A stretch of DNA of 64,000 nt from assembly GCA_023213395.1 (NCBI GenBank), contig CM041465.1:130393741-130457740 (forward strand). The letters are read 5' to 3'. The notes under the pieces are model-generated. The model did no database searches, had not been told where the DNA came from, and was given only the letters and a program-made list of their open reading frames with translations. Positions 1 to 12,985 of the stretch are shown here, one piece after another. The stretch is from Cycas panzhihuaensis (Eukaryota > Plantae > Cycadophyta). The translations under genes were made by a program, and so were the position numbers. Position 1 is the stretch's first letter, and the number at the start of each line of letters is the position of its first letter.

Positions 1-1025
1 CAATTCTTCCATTACTCCATAACAAACAAAGTATGTAAAGAACTTATTGACCAATTTGGAATGGAAAATTGTAATAATGTTAGCACACCAATGGAAACAG
101 GAGTCGTGTTAAATACAGAACATGATGCAGCTTCGGTTGATGCCACACAATACAGACAACTGGTTGGAAGCTTAATCTATCTCACAGCCACACGACCAGA
201 TATATCGTATGCTGTAGGGTTGATTTCTAGATTCATGGAAAACCCTAAAATTCCACATCGGAATGTTGCAAAGAGAATCTTGCGTTACTAAAAGGAACCA
301 TGGACCTTGGCCTAAGATATAATAAAGAAAACAATACAAAATTAACAGGTCTCTACGATTCAGACTGGGCTGGAGACAAAATAGATAGAAAGTCAACATC
401 AGGATATTGCTTCTTCCTTGGAAATTCCTTGATCTCCTGGAGCAGTAAAAAGCAGATCAGCAGTTGCATTATCCTCAATGAGCGAGAATACAAGTCGTGA
501 TCAACGCCACTTGTGAAGGAATATGGATTAGACAATTGTTGAAAGAACTAGGAGAAGAACAAACAATGTCTACTCGAATATTTTGTGACAATCAAAGTAC
601 CATAAAAATGACGAATCCTGTTTTACATGCTAGAACAAAGCATATCGAGGTACATCATCATTTTATCAGAGAAAATGTACAAAATAAAGAAATCAAACTT
701 CAGCATTGTCCGTTAGAAGATCAGATTGCAGATATACTCACCAAACCTCTTGGAAAAGAGAAATTCAGTTTCTTCAGAAATTTACTAGGGTTAAGATAGG
801 TAAAACATTAAGAGGGGGTGTAAAAGGTAATGTTTTACCTTAAGTTATAATGTTTGATGTAAGGGTCATGTACCACTTTCTTCTCCTCTCTTTAGTTGAC
901 AAGTGGCATTACCTGGTTGAGCGGTTATTATTTGTACCCACCTTGTACTTGTATATATACATGAATCATCAATAAAGAAATCATCGTGTGAGAGTGAATT
1001 TATTCCTCACTAAGATTTTGTTACA
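1..1025 (+). mobile_element. 3' end of a Ty1/copia retrotransposon (decayed RT/RNase H, PPT, 3' LTR 819-1025); 5' part lies outside the window
   Basis: ORFs YRQLVGSLIYLTATRPDI, DSDWAGDKIDRKSTSGY and HARTKHIEVHHHFIRE are broken by stops and frameshifts. PPT AGAGGGGG is at 811-818, followed by TGTAA...TTACA. Confidence 0.93.
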
Positions 1026-1203
1026 TTAAATACCAATGCCATGCAAGCCCCCTTAAAGTTAAGACAAAATCTAAATCCCATCGATCTTTATTAGCCATTC
1101 TCTTCTTGATCAAATATTCCATACATTGGACAAGTGAGTAGTGCCATACAATTGTTCCCCAAAGAATGGTTTTACATAATCCCCAATAATTGGACCAAGG
1201 TTT

Positions 1204-4200
1204 TGTTAATATGGCAGTTGTTTGTTAAGCCACTAGTTAATGTTAATGTGGTGGTTTAACTTAATCATGATCAATGAAATGGTGTAAGATATGCGGAGGG
1301 TCGCAACCCTTGTCGGGTGACACCTCTTGGAAGGATATAAAATCCTAAGAGCCCTTGTATATTCAATCAATCAAGCAGGTGGTAATCAATGTGATCTATT
1401 GATCTTTGTGGTGGGTTTTTTTCTAAACGGGTTTTCCACGTAAATCCTGTGTACTATGTATCTATTTTCTGTGTATATCTTGTTTGCTTGTTGTGTATGG
1501 TAAAAGATTCTATGAAATATAAACATGTATGTATGCATTCATGTTCCTTAACATGGTATCAGGCCATAGGGTTCTACACAACTGAGGCCGGAGTTGGGTG
1601 GAGTGGTGAGATTGTTAGTTGCCAGGTGGTGGCGTCATAACCGAGACATTTCTTGAGGATCCATCTACTCTAATGACTTACAGGAGCAAGCACAGTGATC
1701 AATGGTGGTTGAGGAGGTGAAATTCACCTATCAACGAGGCAAAGGCACAATTGGAGTCAGAATTCAGACATGCAGGCCATATCCGTGGTGTGAGTTGGAT
1801 CGCTGGGGGTCATCCAAAGCTGGTTGGTGATCTATAGCAGTGATTGAAACCAGTGGAGCATGTTCTGATGTTGTTTCGGCTGTGGTAAGGACAACCATGC
1901 CTATATGCAAATAAGTTAGTTTTACTCTTAATAGAACACCATAAAATTCAATATATAAATAGCCTTTTGCTATCAAACTATGTATTTCTCATCTAAGAGC
2001 AAGATTGGAGCCTCGGGTTGGTGTTTTCTGCTCTTGATATGAGTGTTAGACAGTAGACATAGCTGTATTAGTGACCATTTGATGAGTTTTGGCTGTATGT
2101 TGAGTTGTGGCGTCATTGCTTGAGTATTTGGTGCTTCGTTCACATCCATGTGTGTGAGTAACTAAAGCTGGAGCAACTATATTAGACACTGGCTAGGCTA
2201 TGTATTGACGTCCCTACCAGTTGCAAACAGTCATAAGTCGACTTCCATATGTATTTAGGTGTGGGTCAACTTACAAAGTTTGCGACAGTTGTGTCCCTAT
2301 ATACTTATCATTGATGCGTGGAGATCTTAATTGGTACATTTCATATTAATTTTAGTAAGTTTAGAACCTTAGTAAATCAATTTAATCATGTGCTTTGAAG
2401 ATTTAGTCACATGCGTTAAGTTGTGGGCGAACAGACATATATGAAAAGTTGCACTTCTAGGAATATGCCTTTTAGTATATTCTCATTATAAATTGACTTT
2501 ATAAAAAGGCCTTTGAACCATTGATATTCGATATATTTTATTTGTGAAGTGTTGTGAAGCATTTTGGAGTGATATATGATCATTTTTTGAGCCATTTGTT
2601 GTGTGGATCTGACTTGGAAGATTGCACACCTTGTACTGTGTTGAGACTCCTCTACTTTTAAGCATATTCTAAGGCATCCTAAGTCCTTTTTAAGCCTTTT
2701 TTGAGTATTGAGGATGTTTTTAAGAGCTTGTTAGTGAGGGGTGAACAGTTGGTGAGCCATTCTAGGCATGCATAGTCATTGTTCTGCATTCCCTAGTGAG
2801 TATGCTTGAGATGGAGGTGATCATAGTGGTGTAAGTTTTGTTTGGAAGACTATAACTTTATTAGTATGCTGATATTAACTCATGTGTTGAGGCTCATTTC
2901 TCAAGATGGAACATGCATTGCCCAAAGTTATCTTTAACGGTAACAATTTCAGTGAGTGGAAGGCCAACATGGAGTTAGTGTTGATGGTGAATCAATTTTG
3001 AGCAATTACTAAGGCAAAGGTGGACGCGATCCCACTTGACTATAAAGAATGTGTGTGACTTGAGGAGAAGCAATTTATGGCCGCCAGATTGTTGAAATTG
3101 TCACTGGTGCCAGACCAGAGGGCTTTGATTTATAACTTGGAGCAATTAGATGAAATCTGGGCAAAATTATGTGAAACATTTGAGAAGAAGAAGATGAATG
3201 GACGTCTGGCCTTGTTGTTGGAGCTTCTCAATTCTAGAGTAGAAGATGAGACTAACATAAGTTCTTGCCTAAATAAAATCACTAACTTGAGGAATAAGCT
3301 AGAAGAGTTAAAGCCAAATTTGATTAATATTGTGCTTTTGTTTGCAATAATCATGTCAAAGTTGCTAGTTGCTTTTACCACTTTTTAGACCATTTATGGT
3401 AGAGACAAGGTGATGGAGGCAAAGACATTTGATGGCATAAAGAATCTTATTCTAGAGCAAGATGCCAAGTTAAAACATTATGGAATGCTTGGAGGTTCTG
3501 AGTCAAGTCAGGCCTTAGTCATGTAGATGCAGAGGAGAGAGGCCATTTAGGAGAAGTTCACACATAGATCTAGGGACGACTCTTGGGAGAAGAAGAAATT
3601 CAATGGTAAATGTAACTACTGTAAGAAAGAAGGCCACAGAGAAAAGAATTGTTGGTTCAAGAGACAGGACAAACGCAAAGTTAGCCAAGATGACAAAGGG
3701 AACAACGTTGCAACACATTGCGTCAGAGTGTCAGCCTTGTCAGCTGAGTCAAATCAGAGAGACTATTGGATTTTGGACTCTAGAGCGTAGAAGCATATCT
3801 CTTTCCAGAAGCATAACTTTGATAGATGGAGTGAAAATCATAGTGGTGCGGAGATCATCCTTGGAGATGCTCGCGTGTTGTTGATGGAAGATGTTGGCAA
3901 AGTTTCCATGGCAGATGGTAAGTTTACAGGGGTCTATTATGTACCCAAGATGCAATTGAATTTACTTTCATCCCGAGAAATCTGCAAACACAGAATGAAG
4001 CTGAATCTTTATCATGATAGATGTCTAATTAAGGATCCTAAGCAGAATTTCTCTGTCATTGCTACTGGGAAGGTTAGAGATAACTTTTGGGTGTTTGAAA
4101 AGTTTCAACATTAGAAGAAGTCTTTTGTTGCCAGCACAGATGATGTGAGCAAGCTGTGGCATGGTCGCCTAGGTCACCTTAATTACAAAAGCATCCCATT

Positions 4201-7200
4201 GCTGAAAAGGTTGAAAATGGTAGAAGGGTTACCATCTGTTTCATGTTCAGATGGTGTTTGTGCAGGATGCATGTATGGGAAGCATCATCGCTATCCTTTT
4301 GCTTAGGACAATGCCTGGAGAGCCAAGAAGAAGCTTGAGCTTGTGCATAGAGATGTGATGGGTCCATTCCCAAACCCTTCAGCTTGGTGCACCTCAATAT
4401 TTGTGGACGATTACACTAGGAAGGCCTAGGTATATTTCCTGAAGAACAAGTTAGACGTGTTTGATTGCTTCCATGACTAGAAAGTGGGAGTAGAGAATGA
4501 AAGTGATAAGAAGATTAAGACATTAAGAAGTGATAATGGCAAAGAATACAACAATCATACGTTTAATTGATTCTATTGGGATCATGTTATAAAACTGAAG
4601 TTTATTGTCCTATATACCCCACAACAAAATGGTGTCGCAAAAAGGAAAAATCGTACCATGATGGAGATGGCAAGGTGTATTATGCACTCGAAAAACTTGC
4701 CACCAATGTTTTGCGCAAAAGTTGTGGCGGCTACTATTTACATTATGAACTGGGTACCCACTCAAGCAGTTTGTAGCATGACCCCCAAAGAGAAATGGAC
4801 CGGTTATAAACCTGTCATTAGCCATTTAAAAACATTTGGGTGCATTGGATATGCGCATATCGCAAACAAAAATCATAAAAGACTGGATTGCAAGAGTTTG
4901 AAGTGTATTTTTATGGGGTATTCAAATTAAAACAAAGCTTATAGACTATGGGATCCATAGGAGAGAAAGATTGTGATTAGTGGGGATGTCAAATTTGATG
5001 AGTTATTGATGTATCATGTGGAAAAATCATCAGAAGAGCCTTTTTACCCCTACTATTTCCATTTCTAGATTCATCAGCTGAAAAAGACGGTGAGTCAGTC
5101 GTTGCAATTGAAGAGGAAGCCAGACCAAATGGAGAGAGTAATACCATCATGGCCAAGGAAGACAATTGAGGATTCTAGAGTGACGATGCATACCCTTTCT
5201 AATGAGAGGAGAATAAGAAGTCAACATGCTATTCGAACTCTACTGGTAGATACCAACAACTCCAATGATCTTGATTCATATGATGAAGTGAAAGGTGATC
5301 CATGATGGAGAGCTGCAATAGAAGAGGAGTATGGTTCACTCATGAAGAATGACACATGGGATTTGGTTATGCTCCCTTCGACCAAGAACCTTGTTGGATG
5401 AAAGTGGGTCTACAAGACTAAGTTCTACTCAGATGGAGAGGTGGACAAGTACAAGGTCAAACTTGTCGCTCAAGGATTTAAGCAAAAAGAATGAATTGAT
5501 TATGAGGAGACATTTGCACCAGTCTTCAAGATAATGATGGTCTGTTTGATCATTTCCTTAGCAATTGCTTATGGTTGGGAGTTACACCAGATAGACATCA
5601 AGTTTGCATTTCTTAATGAGGATATAAAGGAGGAGATTAACACGTTGTAGCCTCTGGGATTCATTAAGAAAGGCCAGGAGCATCTTGTGTGCTGTTTGAA
5701 GAAATCACTCTATGGCCTGAAACAAGCACCCCATGCTTGGTATGAGAAAATTGATGCTAAGTTGAAAGCTGAAGGATTCATTGTTTTTTATCTAGACCCA
5801 AATCTATATGTGAAAAGGAGAGGGACCTCAATAGTAGCTATTGTGTTGTATGTGGATGATTTACTCATCGAAGGCAACTGTAATAAGACTATTGTAGGTG
5901 TCAAGTCCAATTGGGGAGCTACCTTTGACAAACCTTGGGAGACTTCACTACCTCTTGGTTATTCAAGTTAGGTAGATGGAAGATTAGATTATGTTGTTGT
6001 AGACATAGTATGTGAAGAACCTATTGGAGAAGTTTGGGCTATAAGATTGCAAGTTGGTTGCAACACCATGTGCTAAAGGCACAAGACTGCTGAAAGATAT
6101 GGCCAAACCTTCTGTAGATGGAACAAAGTACCATCAATTGGTAGGAAGTCTAATCTATTTGACTCATACCAGACAGATATCACCTATGTTGTTGGATTGG
6201 TTTCTCGATATATGCAGAATCCTTAAGAACCACATTAGGTTGCAATGAAGCGGATTCTAAAGTACTTGAAAGGGACACTGAATCTTAGTCTTGAACACTA
6301 TCGTGGTGAGGAGATAAAGTTGTATGGCTACACTGATGTTGATTGGGGAGGAGACTCTTGTTGGGACATATTTTATTTTGATTTGAGACCCTTGAGAGAA
6401 GACGGGAAGGCAAGGGAGGCAAATGGATGCACAGCCAGAAGAATGTAAAAAGGTTGCAGTGAAGGAAGGAAGCGAGGTACCTGGCAGTGATGACACGTAT
6501 CCGCGGAACGTGCGTGTCGGATCATACGGAGCAGGCGGAACATGTAACGACCCACCCTAACGAGACGCGCGACAAGACCAGGCGGGAGGAAACACGGCAT
6601 GCGAAGATCTGGAGAGACAGACATTAGTTAAGTGTATAACTGTATAAGTTAAAGTTAAAAACAATAATTAGGTAAAAAAATATGGTGTTGACCTTATGAC
6701 AAAAGATCATCAAAAAGCAGTTAAGACACATTTAATATGGTGTAAAGCTGAGGACCATTCCGTGATGTTATTTATCTTATTCATTCCTCCATCATAGGGA
6801 GGAGCAGGAGAGGAGATCATCAATGAGCCAAGGAGTGCGATGACGATGATGTCACCAAGCATGCATGATGTATGATGACATGAGATGCGTATATGTAAAG
6901 GGTGCATGATAATATGTATTCGAGTTGCAATGCTATGAGGATCCATATTCCGTGTGAATGAATAATTGAAAAAATAAAGAGAAATGAATAAAAAATGTAT
7001 TAATTCTTGCATTATATGTTGATAATGTTGATGTGATGTATATTGTGAATTTAATGTATGTATTGTTCCATGTGAATTATATATATATATATGGAATGTG
7101 GGAATGTATGTGAAATAACCATGTTGAGTTGTCCTAAAAACTAGACTATGTTTTGTGTAACCTTGACAGTGCATTGATTCCACGAAGGGTGTGGAATCTA

Positions 7201-8083
7201 TAAGTCAACAACTCGATGATCAAAAATCCATTGCCGGATACATCTTTGGTGTCAGTAATGGATTTGTTTTGTGGTAGTCGAAGAAGCAACAAATAGTGGC
7301 ATTGTCTTCTACAGGGGCAAAATATCAAGGACTCAACGTTAATGCGAAGGAAGATGTATAGTTGCAAGGTCTCTTGGAAGTTCTTGGAGTTTCAAATGGG
7401 CATCTGATTATTTTCATTAATAATTAGAGTACTATTTGCTCATCCAGAACTTGCTTGTATGAAACACATTGAAATACAACACCACTACATCTGTGAATAG
7501 ATCAGGTTAGGGAAGCTATAGGTCAACTATTATCCGAGTGAATATTAGCTTACGAACGTCTTCACCAAAGCACTTACTGAAGATCAATTCACAAAGATGG
7601 CTATCAAATTAGGACTCTTAGATGTTATCCTTGAAGGAGGATGTATCGACAAGCATAAAGAAGTAGGATAGTCCCATTCTTCATGATAACACATTGTTGT
7701 AGGTTGCAGGTTCCCCACATTCACATTAAGGAGGGATCTTATCATGGCTACTATTTGTTAAGCCACTAGTTAATGTTAATGTGGTGGTTTAACTTACTCA
7801 TGATTAACAAAATGATGTGAGATATGCAGACGGTCACAACCCTTGTCAGGTGAAACCTCTTAGAAGGATATAAAATCCTAAGAGCCCTTGTATATTCAAT
7901 CAATCAAACAAGTGGTAATCAATGTGATCTATTGATCTTGGTTGTGGGTTTTTTCCTAAAAGGGTTTCCCACGTAAATCCTATGTATTGTGCATTTGTTT
8001 TCTATGTATATATTGTTTGCTTGTTGAGTTCGGTAAAAGATTCTGCAGTTAAACATGCATGTATGCATTCATGTTCCTTAATA
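1204..8083 (+). mobile_element. Full-length decayed Ty1/copia element A (LTRs 1204-1553 and 7737-8083; ~1.35-kb leader; gag ATG ~2906)
   Basis: Two ~350-bp direct repeats. PBS TGGTATCAGGCC at 1554, PPT AAGGAGGGA at 7728-7736, TSD GGTTT/GTTTT. Gag-PR-INT-RT-RH remnants are in copia order ([19 protein letters not shown]). Confidence 0.95.
6359..7210 (+). mobile_element. Solo LTR (~850 bp) of an Athila/Tat-like gypsy family, inserted in the RNase H of element A
   Basis: Termini TGTTG...CAACA with flanks ACTCT/ACTC(G). It interrupts DWGGDS|xDxKS, which is contiguous in sister element B (~20700). Its 3' end (TAAGTCAACA) resembles the LTR ends at 32343 and 46542. Confidence 0.85.
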
Positions 8084-8088
8084 GTTTT

Positions 8089-8880
8089 CTATCCTTAGGA
8101 ATGGCTATACGGTTCCTTAAACAAGGTCTCAAGAAATGTTTTCTGCAAATCTCTTTTCCTTTGATGATTCAGTACCCATGGGTGATTTGTCTTCTGAGGA
8201 AGAGGTCTTAATGCTCGATGGGTGCACTTCAAGAGAAAAGGAGGAAGGATTTCCTTCCTCAAAAGGTTGTTAAGGTAGGGGAGGGTTTCTCTATCTCTGA
8301 ACCCACATTAGAGATAGAAGGGAAACTAGGGCTAGGGAAGGGTAAGGGATTGGGTTCAGGATGGTTGTTAGGGTTAGGGTTAGGGAAAAGGTTAGGGTTT
8401 TGATCTAGGGTTTGAACTACATTAACACTTAATACATCATTCATACATTCATCTACTACATTAACTATTGTCGTATTATTATAATCACTAGAATACTCAA
8501 AAGAATTAGATTTATTAATGTTATTAGTAATACATTTGAAAAGTAGGTTGCATCGATAAGATGGGCGGTTAATCTCATACTACTCCTGCAACTAGAAATC
8601 AATGAACTTTCATATTCCCTCATCATCTGAGGAGTTGTACAATTCTCTAAAGCAATTCAGTTCAGTTTCTTGCGAATTGATCATGTTGGTAGGTTCTTCC
8701 ACTGGAAGGTATAGATTAGTCTCTTCAAATGAGGATGATGTTTCTTTGCTAGCAATTGTTGTACTTGAAGCATTGTCTGGAATCATCTCAATTGACTATT
8801 TCCTGAGCATCAAAAGGACTACTTCACATTTCCCATCTGATAACAGGAATGTTACAATGATTTCCAATGATCCTTGAAGA
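8089..8880 (-). other. Degenerate low-complexity coding-like remnant (Pro/Asn-rich), identity unknown; continuous with 1026-1203 before element A inserted
   Basis: Minus ORF NPNLFPNPNPNNHPEPNPLPFPSPSFP. No diagnostic domain recognised. Confidence 0.3.
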
Positions 8881-9399
8881 TTCCATACAACCTACTTATT
8901 TGCTTAAAATACACATAACCACCACACAAATACTAGCAACATAGGATGTGATTTCATAAAAACCAAAAAATAACTCTCTCATCAAACATTTTTAACCAAT
9001 ATGGGTTCTTTAGAGCCTAAAAAACTCTGAGCTTATACTTAAGCCTACTTTCCTTGATTAAAATTTGCCTAACATTAAACTCAAAGATGTCATATCATAG
9101 CTCATTTTGACCACGATGAAATAACGAAGCCAATGCGCCTAACGGCACCTCAATCTAATATTCCAATGATAAAATATTGAGAAAACACTATCAGTAAGAT
9201 TATCACAAAAGTAAAATTGGGCAAAATAAAAACAATAAGGATAAACCCATTTTATTTCCAGCCCTTGGTCACATTATAATCTCCATATGTCCATCTAACT
9301 TCGCTAAGAAAACTTGGGTAGTAGACCTCACACAATATTGAAAAACAATTAAATGTTATAACATAACATTATAACCTAAAAATAATTCTTCCTTCAATC

Positions 9400-9770
9400 A
9401 TTTCTCATTGTGTGGCGGCAAATTCCTCATTCCCCTGATCAGATTTCCACTCAAGTAAAGATAACGTAGGCCACCAAGACTACAAAGAACCAACGGAATT
9501 CCACTGGATGAATTATTGTCACTCGAGTCCAACTCCAATGCCTCCAAATGTAGGAAGCTACTGGGAAACAAATCGTGCATACAACTGAAGCTGAGGTCAA
9601 GCTTTGACTAATTGGCGTTCTAATCCATAGTTCTTTCAACTTCCTAATGCCAAAAGGAATCCTCCTGCTGAGATTGTTATGGCTCAAAACTAGTTGTCGA
9701 AGACCTTTTAAATCCCTAATCTAGACTGATATATTGCCACAAATGTAATGCATTGAATGAGCCTTACCCA
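9400..9770 (-). pseudogene. Plant extracellular-type LRR (RLK/RLP-like) gene fragment, frameshifted
   Basis: Minus-strand pieces GLRQLVLSHNNLSRRIPFGIRKLKEL and LEALELDSSDNNSSSGIPLVLCSLGGLRYLYLSGNLI match LxxLxLSxNxLSGxIP and are split across frames. Confidence 0.8.
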
Positions 9771-11118
9771 TGGTCTAAGTGGTGCATACATTTTATGATT
9801 GGTCTCCCATCACACGATTGATGTCACATAGTCAATGTAACCAGGGTTCGGACCCCACTTTATTCTATGAAAGGTAGATCGAATATGGGCATCGAGGTGG
9901 AGAAATAAGTGTAAATCTCCTCTACTAGTTTGGAGATATATGTTAGAATTTATAATTGCACTATGATATTGTAGTAGAAATGTAGAGTATAACACACAGC
10001 GAAATATAATATGCATATGTAATGACTAAATTATCTCATGAGTTATGTACACAAGTAAAGAATAAACATTAATGTAAAGTATCAAACATCATAAATCACG
10101 CATCAAGCAATCACCACAAGGGAAGCAATAGATTTATACATGAAAAACCCTATGTGGGAAAAACCATAAGAAAAGGTGGAGTTTGGAGCTCCGTAGCTAT
10201 TAACGTGGTAGTTGTTTGTTAAGCCACTAAGTTAATGTTAATGTGGTTTAACTAATGGTGATAGCAAAAAGGTGTGAAAAGTTTGGAGGGTCACAACCCT
10301 AGTCGGGTGACACCTCTTGAAAGAATATAAAAGCCTTGAGCCCTTGTGTATTCAGTATATTAAGTATCAAATCAGTGTGGAATAATCAATGTGATCCAAA
10401 AGGATCTTTTGTGATGGTTTTTTTCCCAAAAGGGTTTTCCCACGTAAATCCTGTGTACTGTGCATCTATATTCAGTGTGTATTTTATTTGATTGTTGTGT
10501 AAGGTTAAAGATTCTGCAGATGGGAACATATTTGTATGATTTCATGTTCCTAAACATGGTATCAGAGTCGTAGGGTCTTACATAGTTGAGGTCGAACGTT
10601 GGGCAAAGTGATGAGATTGTTGGTTGTCAGGTGAAGCCGTCAAACCCAAGACTTGTCTTGAGGGTCCATCAACTCCACCAACGTGCAGAAGTAGGCACAA
10701 CAAATTAGTGGTGGTTGAAGTAGTGAAAATCGCTATTTAACGAAGCATAAGGGTCTATTAGAGTCAATAATTAATCGTGAAGGCCACATTTGTGGTTTGA
10801 GTTGGCTCATCGAGGCCATCTGAAGCATGTTGATGATCTGTAAGGTTAATTCAAGCCAGCGAAGCATATACTGATGGTGATTCAACAACTATGAGGACAA
10901 CCATCTATGTATACACGTAAGTTGGTTATTTACTCATCAAAAGCACTATAAAACTAAACAAAAGGCAAGCTTTTTCTGGTGTTACATACATTTTGTCTGT
11001 ATCAGGGAGAGATTGGAGCCTATTTAGAATGTTTTTGCCCCTCTATACTGAGACTAGACTGAGTATATAGTAGAATAAAGAGTTATTTGCTGAATCTTGA
11101 GTTGTAGTGCCTTTATTT

Positions 11119-12939
11119 TGTTAGGGTATAATGTTTTATCCTAAGTAAATAAAAGGGTAATGTTGCACACCCTCATTTAGTAACTGACACTAGATATTGT
11201 GACACATCTCACCTCAAGAAAAGTTAGTTACAAATCAAGTTGTAATGGCCATAACTTTGATGTATATTTATAGAGACCAAGTCTCCAAAGGAATACAAGT
11301 TCTTCTATTCATTCCTAAATACATTCTTGTTTGTTTTAACATGGTATTAGAGCAGGTCTGATTGCTCGTTTGATCTGGAGGAGAGAGGATTCATTTGTCT
11401 AAGATTCATTCTACAAACTCAAGGGATTCAAAAGGAGGGAGACTGGAAATTACCTGAAAGGAGGTTTTTTTACAAAAGTCATTGTACAAACCTGTACAGA
11501 AATTGTGCTGACAGAAAAAATTTGAAGTTCTCAGATTCTAATGAAATTTGACGTGGAGATAGATCTCATCAAGAGCGTCCTTTTTCCCTTCTGGCCTGAC
11601 TTCATCAGAGATCATTTCAAGGTACTTTTGACCTAATTTTTATCCACATAGGTTTGGAGATATTTTCTAGAAAAATTTCTAGATTTTCAAGTTTTTAGTG
11701 AATAAAATCTGTCATAAAATCTCTATCTTGATGATTAAAAGACATTTGGACCAATTTCAAAGTGAATTGAAGGATTTTTCTAAGGATTTGAAGCATTTTT
11801 CTTAAAAACCCTAATTGCACCTCCTCGGTTTTCGGGTTGATTATCTGCAAACTGAATGACTGTTTTGAAAAACTAACCTTAGATCTGAAATCAAGGTTTG
11901 AAGAGTATCCTTTTGAGGTATACTTTGTTTGTGTCTATACAGTTAGGGTTTCGTATGGAATTCCATACAGTTGTACGAATAGACTACCATAAACACTTCA
12001 TTGTTGTCATTAATGGCTTCTCCCATTTTAGGACTGCCAAATCAGGATAAACTCACTGAAACAAATTACTATGTTTGGAAAATAAAAGTGGAGACCCTTC
12101 TAAAGGCAAGAAATGCCTAGAAAATTGCAAATGGTACTGAGGCAAAACCTATTAATACTAGTTCTACTTTGGCTGACTGGTTGGAAAGAGACAATTTAGG
12201 AGTAATCATTCTAAAGCTCTCAGTCTCTAATCTGCTTTTGGTGTATGTGGAAAGATTGAATTCCACTTCTATAATTTGGAAATATTTTCAAAATCTCTTC
12301 GGGCAAAAGAATAAAGGCAGAATAATAGCTTTGAAGGAGGATTTGTACAAGCTGCACATGAGAGAAAATGACACAGTAATAGAATTTATGCACAAAGTTA
12401 TTTCACTCAGAAGTAAACTTTTGAGTGTAGGAGATGATATCACAAATGAAGAATTGGTTGAAATGGTAGCTAGCAAGTTGCCAAAGCCCTTTGATGTTAC
12501 TATTAATTCCATAATAAATAATAATCAAATTGATACAATGACACTTGATGAATTGATTGGCTTGCTACTAAGATAAGAACAAAGAAATAGACAATATGAA
12601 GAATCATTAGAATTGGAGGAAGCCTTTGCTTCCAAACTTAGTTTTGGACCTCGATGACATAGCCAGGTATGAGGAAGGGGATGTGCTTCAGACATCAGAA
12701 GTCCTGCTCATGGTCGTTGGTAAGATACCAAAGGATGTGGATGTGGTAGATACACTAGAATCTGCTTCAGTTGTGGCAAACTTGGACATTTTGCCAGTTC
12801 CTGCAAAGTCTTTGATGTGTGTTACCACTATGGTCAACCAGGGCACTATCCTTTTCAATGCCCACAAAGAAGAGCAGACATCCAGAGAGGGAAGCATTCG
12901 ATTGGCAGCTACAACAAAGAGAAAATTAAAGAAGAAGAA

Positions 12940-12985
<46 letters not shown>

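Noticed and set aside
6710-7183. 157-aa His/Ile-rich minus ORF
   Set aside because: Lies within a solo LTR; the composition reflects ATG/TGA-rich low complexity.
8368-8412. (TTAGGG)3 plus variants resembling an interstitial telomere
   Set aside because: Only 3-4 units, embedded in a degenerate hexamer run that reads Pro-Asn/Pro-Ser on the minus strand. Better explained as low-complexity coding remnant.
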